This document shows, one piece after another, positions 56,321-64,000 of a stretch of DNA of 64,000 bases (its first letter is position 1; the number at the start of each line of letters is the position of its first letter). The notes beneath the pieces were generated by a model. The model saw only the letters and a program-made list of their open reading frames with translations. It made no database searches and had not been told where the DNA came from. This stretch comes from Vitreimonas sp. (GTDB taxonomy: Bacteria; Patescibacteriota; Microgenomatia; UBA1400; PJMF01). The stretch lies in assembly GCA_035627515.1 (NCBI GenBank), contig DASPLQ010000012.1:327269-391268 (forward strand). The letters are read 5' to 3'. A program made the position numbers and the translations under genes.

Positions 56321-56460
56321 GAGTAATCGAGTAATTTAGTAATTGAGTAATTAAGACGACGAGAATTGAGTATACACCACTTTTACCTCAAGAGCCAATT
56401 GCGCCCTGGATAATAAGTTACTCATCCGCCAGCTGGCGGACTTAATTACTTATTTACTTC
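56321..56460. repeat. Inverted octamer arrays and perfect 16-bp palindrome between rho and the M23 gene
   Basis: GAGTAATC GAGTAATT TAGTAATT GAGTAATT (56321-56352); TCCGCCAGCTGGCGGA (56425-56440); reverse-oriented AATTACTT ATTTACTT (56444-56459). Confidence 0.75.
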
Positions 56461-56461
56461 C

Positions 56462-57994
56462 TTACGCTGCTTTCAGTGAAGCCAAGAATTCTTTGTTGGA
56501 TTTGCTGCGTTTGAGTTGGTCCACAAAGGTGCTGGTCCGCTCTTCTTTATCGAGGGTGTCCAACATCCGTTGTAAGGTCATGACTGATTGATACGTCATG
56601 GAATCCATCAGTAAGTCATCGCGGCGGGTGCCAGAACGTTGCACATCAATAGCTGGATAGATACGGCGTTCAGCCAAGCGACGATCAAGGTGTACTTCTT
56701 GGTTACCAGTGCCCTTGAACTCCTCATAAACCAAGTCATCCATCCGTGAGCCAGTATCAACTAGAGCGGTACCGACAATTGTCAGTGAACCATTAACTTC
56801 GAAGTTACGCGCAGCTCCGAAAAACTTCTTAGGTGGGAACAAGGCTGCAGGGTCGAAACCACCAGACAAGGTTCTTCCAGAAGTGGGAATCGATAAGTTA
56901 TACGCCCGAGCCAAACGAGTAATTGAGTCTAATAAAATGACCACGTCCTTGCCCATCTCCACTAAGCGTTTAGCACGCTCGAGAGCGAGTTCAGCTACAC
57001 GACATTGATCTTCAGCGGGCTCATCGAAGTTACTGGCGGCCACTTCACCGGTGCCTTTAGTAATTCTCTCGATATGACGACGAATATCAGTCACCTCTTC
57101 AGGCCGCTCGCCTACCAACACAGCCATCAAATGCACCTCTGGGTGATTGGCGGCAATACCAGTGGCAATATCTTTGAGCAAGGTTGTTTTACCAGCTTTA
57201 GGTGGTGAGACGATTAAACTCCGTTGACCTTTACCAATCGGCGCAATCAAATCAATGATGCGTAAGGATAATGGTTCATCACCATTTTCTAAATTAATTT
57301 GCGAATCAGGATAGACTGGAGTTAAGCTATGAAACTTGACACGGTCACTGTTCATGACCTCTTCAACTGGTCGGCCATTGACGGTGTCAACTTTCAATAA
57401 GCCCCAATACCGTTCGTTTTCTTTAGGTTCACGGCCTGGCCCTTCCACTACGTCACCAGGACGCAGCTTGAAACGGCGAATTTGTGAGGTGGAGATATAT
57501 GCGTCTTTTTCTTCGGTGGAAGTTAAACTGACGCGCAACACACCATGACCATCTTTGGAGGTATCGAGGATACCCCGGATCGTATGGGTAGGTACATCGC
57601 GTAAACTGGCTTCGTTGTACTCTTGGTAATCTTGATCATCATTATTATTATTGCGAGGTGATTTGTGATTAAAGTTGGGGCGGCGGCGGTCGCGATCGCC
57701 ATCACCATTAGAACGACGCATGGTGTTCATACCATTGGAGCGTGCAGCTGGGCGAGGAGGTGCTGAGCGAGGGCGTAAGGGCTCGACAGGAATATCTTTG
57801 ACGGCAGCGACAGGAGCGGGAGCAACGGGAGCTTCGGCCACAGGTGCCTCTGCAACAGAACCACCACTGACAAAATCAGCGGCAGCTTTCTTACTACTCT
57901 CAGTGGGAGCAGCTTTAGATGATGATTCTTCAGAAGTTGCTTCAGCAACAGTTCCGACTAATTCCTCGACAGCCTTGGTGGAGGTACGGGGCAT
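56462..57994 (-). CDS. rho: Transcription termination factor Rho with long N-terminal low-complexity extension
   Basis: YISTSQIRRFKLRPGD, APIGKGQR...PPKAGKT, ERPEEVTD, LLDSITRLARAYN, EEFKGTGN, SGTRRDDLL. Confidence 0.96.
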   Translation of the reverse strand: MPRTSTKAVEELVGTVAEATSEESSSKAAPTESSKKAAADFVSGGSVAEAPVAEAPVAPAPVAAVKDIPVEPLRPRSAPPRPAARSNGMNTMRRSNGDGDRDRRRPNFNHKSPRNNNNDDQDYQEYNEASLRDVPTHTIRGILDTSKDGHGVLRVSLTSTEEKDAYISTSQIRRFKLRPGDVVEGPGREPKENERYWGLLKVDTVNGRPVEEVMNSDRVKFHSLTPVYPDSQINLENGDEPLSLRIIDLIAPIGKGQRSLIVSPPKAGKTTLLKDIATGIAANHPEVHLMAVLVGERPEEVTDIRRHIERITKGTGEVAASNFDEPAEDQCRVAELALERAKRLVEMGKDVVILLDSITRLARAYNLSIPTSGRTLSGGFDPAALFPPKKFFGAARNFEVNGSLTIVGTALVDTGSRMDDLVYEEFKGTGNQEVHLDRRLAERRIYPAIDVQRSGTRRDDLLMDSMTYQSVMTLQRMLDTLDKEERTSTFVDQLKRSKSNKEFLASLKAA

Positions 57995-58174
57995 AAAAAC
58001 CTTTAGGTAAATGAAGTGATTAATACTAATTGATACTGCAACATGAAAAAGGTGTGGTTATTACGAATCTCGTCTGCAATTCAGCGGAAACCGATTTGTG
58101 TGTGGAAACACTGAAGTAGCCACTATTATACAAAAAAAGCTAAAAATGTCAAAATGGTCTGGTGATGAGCGTGC

Positions 58175-59170
58175 TTAAACCTGAATTAACTGTCGACGAA
58201 AAATCCAACCTTTTTTGCCTGATTTAGAATCAATCGTCCTCTCAAGCTTAAAAACAACTGGATTTTCCCAACCCAGTGACACATAATCCCCTTCGCATAC
58301 CAAGTGTTTATCTCCTGGTGTGAGACGAAAATATCCTCTCATTTGATTTGCTGAAGGATAAATATAGGTACCATACTCAGAGTTCATATCTACTACCTGA
58401 ATCTGATCTGCTGCTGTAACTTTAAAAGCGAAATGAGGATTAGAAACCTGACTTTCCTGTTGCTTACTGGCCGTGTCTTTTAACTCAATAGACCAACAAT
58501 TTTTAACTTCAACTTGCCCAAGTTCGCTAGCCGCTGCGCCAACTGCAACCTGGCCTTCAAAGCCAGGGTCGAGAATAATATTATTGAGTTTATCTGCTTT
58601 TACTGGCACTTCTTTGATCTTATGTTCTTGTCGAAGTCTTTCATAAGCCTCAACTCTAAAAGTTTCTACAAAACGAGGCAAAGATAACCTGGTCTCTGCT
58701 GTCATGAGATCAGGTGTCCTCTGAGTAATTAATCGATTGCTCTTTATTCCTACCCATAAATCTTTGAGCACAACTCGTAACTTTATATATGGCAACTCTC
58801 GATCTTGCTCATCAGCAACTTCTAATAAATTATCGATGAAATAAATGCCCACAATTCCTTCTAGAGCACTTTTAATCACACGATTAACCTGAGTAGCTGA
58901 TGCTAGATCAGCACGCCACCTACCTCGAAAATCATAGAGTGGAACCATCATCGGTTCTTGGATAATCCTTTGAACAGTTTCGATGTCATCAGTGCCATCT
59001 AGACGTTCTTGTTTAGATTTAAAGCTTGTGGCTAAGCCTTCCAAAGTAAATTTAACTGCTGGGTCAGGATGCTCCCAAACTCCGCCTAGGCTTTGAATAA
59101 CTACTGAACGTAAATTAGCCATCGCTAAGCGATGTTCTTCAATAGTAATTGGGGCAATGCTTTCAACCAT
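58175..59170 (-). CDS. Hypothetical protein with C-terminal FHA-like domain
   Basis: VSNPHFAF...VVDMNSEYGTYI...LTPG...EGDYVSLG. Confidence 0.6.
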   Translation of the reverse strand: MVESIAPITIEEHRLAMANLRSVVIQSLGGVWEHPDPAVKFTLEGLATSFKSKQERLDGTDDIETVQRIIQEPMMVPLYDFRGRWRADLASATQVNRVIKSALEGIVGIYFIDNLLEVADEQDRELPYIKLRVVLKDLWVGIKSNRLITQRTPDLMTAETRLSLPRFVETFRVEAYERLRQEHKIKEVPVKADKLNNIILDPGFEGQVAVGAAASELGQVEVKNCWSIELKDTASKQQESQVSNPHFAFKVTAADQIQVVDMNSEYGTYIYPSANQMRGYFRLTPGDKHLVCEGDYVSLGWENPVVFKLERTIDSKSGKKGWIFRRQLIQV

Positions 59171-59182
59171 GATGTTTAATCT

Positions 59183-60052
59183 TTACTGCGTATTCTTAGT
59201 TGGGTCGATCAACCGCGCATAGCGGAAGTGACGGACTGATGAGTTTAAAAATTTACAGGTGTACATGATCATGTCGGCATCGTAATCAGAGATCTCTGTC
59301 CCCTCTTCACCGGCATAGATTTCATAGACCCATTTCTTTTGGTCGGCAATGATTTCGACAGTATCGCCAGGCTCTAGCTCAGGTAATAGATAAAAAGTGT
59401 TGTACTTCCAGTACTCGTTTTGCCACATCCAGTCCCAGCCATACCGGTGAGCAGCCACAATCATCGGCTGTTTTTTGTCACCAGGTTGACCGTACCCTGG
59501 CACCATCCATACACCTTTATTCAAAGCTTCATCAGGATTTTCTGTTTCTCTCAGCTCAGTGCGGACCCCAATGCGAGGAATCACGATCCAGCGGCCTTGC
59601 GGCAATGTTGGATCAGTAGGCGGCTCATAAGCAGGGGCTGTCACTTCTGGTGCCGTTTGAGCTTGGTCAAAGTTGCCACCTAAGGGTGTTCCACCTTCAG
59701 CAGGCAACGCCACTACTTCTGCCGGAAAGACTGTGTAGTACAGCGCTGGCACCACCACTGCACTGGCAATAATCAACGATAACGCAATAATGGTGTTTAA
59801 CACGCCATTTTTCAGCGTGGACCACACACTGGATTTGGTTTTAGTTTTAGCTACGAAAGGTTGAGCACTCACTGATGAACTGGAATTTGGTCCGCCAGCC
59901 GGCGGATGAGATTTGGGATTTTCAATAGTTTGAGGGTACAGCTGCTCGACAGGTTCTCCGTCCCCCACCAATGCCCGACGAGTATAAGCCTGAGAGATTC
60001 TCAAGAAACTCGGCAGGGTCATCAATTGATATTTTCTAACAACACTCGACAT
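59183..60052 (-). CDS. Sortase-like cysteine transpeptidase
   Basis: TM, IPRIGV, L.KGVW...PGD, AAHR (His), LEPGD, YTC (Cys), downstream Arg (SVR). Confidence 0.8.
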   Translation of the reverse strand: MSSVVRKYQLMTLPSFLRISQAYTRRALVGDGEPVEQLYPQTIENPKSHPPAGGPNSSSSVSAQPFVAKTKTKSSVWSTLKNGVLNTIIALSLIIASAVVVPALYYTVFPAEVVALPAEGGTPLGGNFDQAQTAPEVTAPAYEPPTDPTLPQGRWIVIPRIGVRTELRETENPDEALNKGVWMVPGYGQPGDKKQPMIVAAHRYGWDWMWQNEYWKYNTFYLLPELEPGDTVEIIADQKKWVYEIYAGEEGTEISDYDADMIMYTCKFLNSSVRHFRYARLIDPTKNTQ

Positions 60053-60691
60053 AATTAGCTCATATTATATCTTATAATGAGCAAAATATCAAGTTATAGG
60101 CTGTTTGGGTGTTAATAACCCCGAGGCCAAAAGGTATAAAAAAAGGGCAAAAAGTGGAGTAAAGGCCTGCCCAACCCCTACCCCACTTTCCACCCTTTTT
60201 AAAAATGACCCAATTTACACTTCTTAATAGCAGTAAGATATAATTTACTTTGGGCTATTTCCGCGTAAACTTATGTACTATTGAGTTGTTCATTCAAGAA
60301 TCTTAAGGAATGAACCTATTCACCTAAACAGTGAACTAAAAAAAACTCAACATTAAGAAAAAAGCATTGTTACTCGTGGTCTGTCCAGCGGTAATAATGC
60401 TTTTTTTGTTTATACTCCCTTTTCCGACTTTTGTAAAAAAAATATCAACAAGTTCCTTAACGCAACTTGAAGTATAACGGCGGATGTTTTTGACGTCAAC
60501 CTATAATTTATTGTTAACAAGCATTATCTAAGTCTTATAACAATAATTTTGTTCAATTTAAAGACTAAGAACTTAATTTTATTAACAGTGTTAAATTCTG
60601 AAATAGTCGCTGTGGATAACTTGTGCGCTTCTGGCTTGCCTGGGGTTTCTTCTCTAGTCGACGCCCAGTTAGATAGCTATACTATAAGAGT

Positions 60692-62896
60692 ATGTCCAGT
60701 CCCCATGTGGTTCTCGATATCAGAACTGCCCGCAATTCCGAAACAACTGCTGAAGCACTGACTCAATTTTTTGCGACTCTCCCCTATTTATATGATCAAC
60801 CCTGGTACACGGCTCTAGGACAAGATGAACACTTGTCGCTAGAAATTGTGGTCCTCAACCAAACTATTTATTTTTTAGCGTATGTCCCGGTCCGAGTTCA
60901 AAATTACTTCACCTCTTTGATTCAGGCTACTTACCCCGAGTCTTTAATTACTCCCCTCGATTTTGATCCTCTAGTCAGTTACCTAGTAGAAGGGGCACCA
61001 CTCACGCCTGAAGCTACTCCCACACATCTGGAAATTGGTCATTTAACTCTCAGTGAACACAATCATTATCCTCTGAAAACGATTCACCAGTTTAAAGACA
61101 CTGATTCTTTGTCTCACGTCTTGTCCCTGTTATCTAAGACTGACCCCCAGGATATGATCGGCATCCAAATTGTCCTTCGAGATAGTGGTGAACGCTGGAA
61201 AAATGGGGCACCTCTTTCTCTGTCTAGCCTCGCCCAAGCTACTCTGGCTACAGCGCCAGCTGAAGGCAACACAGCCGAAAAAAGTTCTGGTACCTCTGAT
61301 CAAAAACTTGCCAGTACTGCTTGGCAAACTAGCATCAAACTCTTAGTCCGCTCCAGTAACTATGATCAAGCTTACCTACTACTCGAGACGATTGCTTCGG
61401 CTTACCAATCAACTTCGCATAGTGAGGGGAATACCTTAGTCCTTAAACAACCTTGGTTTTTTAAAAACTGGTTCCTTAACCGAGTCAAAAACCGGACAAT
61501 TGGGTGGGGACCGCGACAACCGCTGACGCTTGAGGAAATGGCTGCTATTTACCATTTCCCTAACAAAAAATTGACCCCCATTCACAACATCGCTTGGGGG
61601 AAACTGCTGCTCGGCGAACCTCCGGAAAACTTGCCGGTGGTCACGAAAGATATGGCAGAAAATCTAAAACGAGATATTAACCCTTTTGCTCGAGTCCTTT
61701 ATAAAAACTCCCATGTGGTCTATGGCCTCAAGCGCGCTGATCGTCGCCGCCACATGTATGTCATCGGAAAAACCGGCACTGGTAAGTCTACCCTTTTGGC
61801 TAACATGGCAATTAATGATCTGAAGAATGATGAGGGGTTGTGTGTCATCGACCCCCATGGTGATTTAGTGGAAACATTACTCAATTACATCCCTTCGCGC
61901 CGGATCAATGATGTGGTGTACTTCGATCCTTCAGACCCTGACCGAACAGTCAAAATTAACCTCTTTGAAGGGCAAAATGTGGTACATCGAGAATTAATTG
62001 CTTCCGGCATTGTCTCGGTCTTCCAGAAGTTGTACTCATACTCATGGGGGCCACGACTTGAGTACATTTTGCGTAATGCGCTGCTGACACTGCTCAAAAC
62101 AGAGAATGCCCGCATGTCGGATATCGTAGATTTATTAGTGGATGATAAATTCCGTGCCAAAACTATCGAAAATCTCGACGACCCCATCTTGCAAACCTTC
62201 TGGACTAAAGAGTTTGATCAAATGCCACCTCGGCTGCGGAGCGAGGCCATCGCTCCGATTCTAAATAAAGTGGGACAATTTGTCTCCTCTCCCCTAGTAC
62301 GCAACGTAGTGAATGCTCACAAAAGTTCTTTTAGCATCGAAGATATTATGGATCAAGGTAAGATCTTATTAGTTAATCTTTCTCAAGGTCGCTTGGGTGA
62401 GGATAATGCTACCCTGCTTGGGGCGATGCTGATCACCAAAATTCAGTTAGCCGCCATGAGCCGCGTCAATGTTGCCGAGGAAGAACGCAAAGATTTTTAC
62501 CTGTATGTGGACGAGTTCCAAAACTTCGCTACACAATCTTTCAACAAAATTCTCTCTGAAGCTCGTAAATACCGTCTTAATTTAACACTGGCTAATCAAT
62601 ACATTGCCCAAATTCCTGAAGATGTGCAGAAAGCTATCTTTGGTAACTGCGGCAGTATTATTAGTTTTGTAATGGGCGCTGATGACGCAGCGGTATTCGA
62701 AAAAGAGTATGGCGAAAAATACAGCAAAGAAGACCTCGTCACGCTCAGTCGCTATCAAATCATCAATAAAATCACTGTCGATGACATCGTCTCACTCCCC
62801 TTCCCTGCTTTGACGTTACCAATTGCTAAGAGTAGCAACCACAATCGCGACAAAGTGGTCAAAGTCAGTCGAGAGCGGTGGGCGACGAAGAAGTAA
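60692..62896 (+). CDS. VirD4/TraG/TrwB-like (HerA/FtsK superfamily) ATPase
   Basis: RRRHMYVIGKTGTGKS (Walker A), IDPHGD, LYVDEFQNF (Walker B), EARKYRLNLTLANQY. Confidence 0.88.
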   Translation: MSSPHVVLDIRTARNSETTAEALTQFFATLPYLYDQPWYTALGQDEHLSLEIVVLNQTIYFLAYVPVRVQNYFTSLIQATYPESLITPLDFDPLVSYLVEGAPLTPEATPTHLEIGHLTLSEHNHYPLKTIHQFKDTDSLSHVLSLLSKTDPQDMIGIQIVLRDSGERWKNGAPLSLSSLAQATLATAPAEGNTAEKSSGTSDQKLASTAWQTSIKLLVRSSNYDQAYLLLETIASAYQSTSHSEGNTLVLKQPWFFKNWFLNRVKNRTIGWGPRQPLTLEEMAAIYHFPNKKLTPIHNIAWGKLLLGEPPENLPVVTKDMAENLKRDINPFARVLYKNSHVVYGLKRADRRRHMYVIGKTGTGKSTLLANMAINDLKNDEGLCVIDPHGDLVETLLNYIPSRRINDVVYFDPSDPDRTVKINLFEGQNVVHRELIASGIVSVFQKLYSYSWGPRLEYILRNALLTLLKTENARMSDIVDLLVDDKFRAKTIENLDDPILQTFWTKEFDQMPPRLRSEAIAPILNKVGQFVSSPLVRNVVNAHKSSFSIEDIMDQGKILLVNLSQGRLGEDNATLLGAMLITKIQLAAMSRVNVAEEERKDFYLYVDEFQNFATQSFNKILSEARKYRLNLTLANQYIAQIPEDVQKAIFGNCGSIISFVMGADDAAVFEKEYGEKYSKEDLVTLSRYQIINKITVDDIVSLPFPALTLPIAKSSNHNRDKVVKVSRERWATKK

Positions 62897-62897
62897 A

Positions 62898-62953
62898 AAA
62901 TCACAAATTCCAAATTACAAATTTCAAATCCCAAACTCAAAACTAGAAATCTT
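62898..62953. repeat. Heptamer array, left arm of the inverted repeat around the four-helix-bundle gene
   Basis: AAATCAC AAATTCC AAATTAC AAATTTC AAATCCC AAACTCA AAACTAG AAATCTT. Confidence 0.85.
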
Positions 62954-62962
62954 ATGCACACA

Positions 62963-63331
62963 TTACTTGTGACTACTTCTTTGTGCCTGCCGCACTCTAG
63001 ACATACTAGCTAGAATAAGTAAAATTTCGTGCGTTTCCTTCCAAAGTTCTCTTAAGTCACTAGACTTTTCAGGATTAGTTTGGGCTAATAGATTTAGCCA
63101 ATACTTTGTTTCCCGAGCTTCTTTTCGGCACACATAAATTTTATGAACAAAGTCTTTTCGACTTTCTGATTCACTAGCTTCACAATAATTAGCTCCAATC
63201 GATGTGCTAGATCTAAGTAACTGTGAAATAATAGCCCGGTTAAGCAGGGTTATATTAATAGTCTTAATAAGCTCAATAATACTAATTGAAAAGTTTCTTG
63301 TTCGTAATTCTAGTGATAGGTAATGAGTCAC
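62963..63331 (-). CDS. Four-helix-bundle protein (23S rRNA IVP / Avd-like family)
   Basis: QLLRSSTSIGANYCEA.ESESRKDFVHKIYVCRKEARETKYWL. Confidence 0.9.
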   Translation of the reverse strand: MTHYLSLELRTRNFSISIIELIKTINITLLNRAIISQLLRSSTSIGANYCEASESESRKDFVHKIYVCRKEARETKYWLNLLAQTNPEKSSDLRELWKETHEILLILASMSRVRQAQRSSHK

Positions 63332-63444
63332 ATTTTAATTTTGCAACTAAAACCTTTACTTTAGCTTTACTTAGGTCTTTTGAGTGTGTCTGGTGAAAGT
63401 TAAAATTGTGGCCTTTGTGATTTGAAACTCTGATAAGCCAGCTG

Positions 63445-63480
63445 GTAAATTGGATTTTGAAATTTGTAATTTGGAATTTA
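63445..63480. repeat. Heptamer array, right arm of the inverted repeat
   Basis: 63456-63479 TTTGAAATTTGTAATTTGGAATTT is the exact reverse complement of 62905-62928. Confidence 0.85.
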
Positions 63481-63483
63481 GAC

Positions 63484-64000
63484 TCAAATCAACCCCAGTT
63501 CCTTCAACACTTCCCTCACTCGCCCATGAGTTTTTCGGGAAATGATTTTGGTAAAGCCGAGGCGCTGGGCTTCTTTGACTCGCTGCTCGAGGTAACTAAC
63601 CGAACGGATCTCCCCGAGTAAACCAACTTCGCCGATAAATACCGTTTTATCCGACAGCGGTTTATTTTTAAGTGAGCTGGCTACAGCTACCGCCAGTCCC
63701 AAATCGACAGCTGGTTCCCGAATCGTGAAGCCACCTGCAGCAGAGAGAAAAATGTCAGTTGTGCCCAGAGGTAAACCACAATGTTTTTGCAAGACAGCGG
63801 CTAACACTTGAATCCGGTTGAGTTCTATCCCCCGCCCCACCCGTCGTGGCATAGCCAGTTGAGAGCTGACAACTAAGGCTTGAACCTCAGCTAATAAAGG
63901 CCGAGTGCCTTCCATCACACACACCGTGGAGGAACCTGGCACGGGTTTGTCAGTATGTTCCAAAAATAATTCACTGGGATTAGCGACCTCCTCTAAGCCA
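63484..64000 (-). CDS. radA: DNA repair protein RadA/Sms, C-terminal part (5' end outside the window)
   Basis: GLEEVANPSELFL, MEGTRPLLAEVQALV, AVLQKH, GEVGLLGEIR, EAQRLGF. Confidence 0.93.
   Translation of the reverse strand, partial: GLEEVANPSELFLEHTDKPVPGSSTVCVMEGTRPLLAEVQALVVSSQLAMPRRVGRGIELNRIQVLAAVLQKHCGLPLGTTDIFLSAAGGFTIREPAVDLGLAVAVASSLKNKPLSDKTVFIGEVGLLGEIRSVSYLEQRVKEAQRLGFTKIISRKTHGRVREVLKELGLI

Noticed and set aside
60053-60691. Replication origin
   Set aside because: Only one perfect DnaA box, no dnaA/dnaN nearby, and no skew switch evident by eye (not computed).
62963-63331. Diversity-generating retroelement (Avd)
   Set aside because: No reverse transcriptase, and no TR/VR pair differing only at adenines was seen. 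The repeats in the giant genes appear to differ mostly at synonymous positions of all bases.
1-64000. Alternative genetic code (UGA = Gly), tRNA or rRNA genes
   Set aside because: Long genes are open in code 11 and radA ends in TGA at the expected position. No cloverleaf or rRNA-like sequence was recognised by eye.

Overview
Bacterial chromosome segment (standard code) whose gene content points, by inference, to a Patescibacteria/CPR organism, probably Microgenomates. The pointers are a split ComEC, GspG-like type IV pilins, a sortase-like protein, an orphan VirD4-like ATPase and giant surface proteins. Housekeeping genes (argS, leuS, obgE, rho, radA) frame about 38 kb of surface-structure genes. 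The main candidate for a new system is a 4918-aa protein. It has one clear and probably a second N-terminal tyrosine-recombinase core-binding (DNA-binding, non-catalytic) domain, joined through one TM helix to about 4600 aa of cassette-like phage-tail-fibre repeats. It is transcribed divergently from a PaaX-like regulator and followed by a 3713-aa nested LamG/propeller adhesin and a secreted mini tail fibre with HxH motifs. Features missing from the ORF track include a Leu4 leader-peptide attenuator upstream of leuS, a T-box upstream of argS with an apparently ultrashort stem I, inverted heptamer repeats enclosing a four-helix-bundle gene, and related octamer/palindrome elements. There is also a WxL/chaperone-like subunit-chaperone cluster. 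No tRNA, rRNA, CRISPR array, reverse transcriptase or transposase was recognised. All family assignments are by motif recognition by eye, not database searches.
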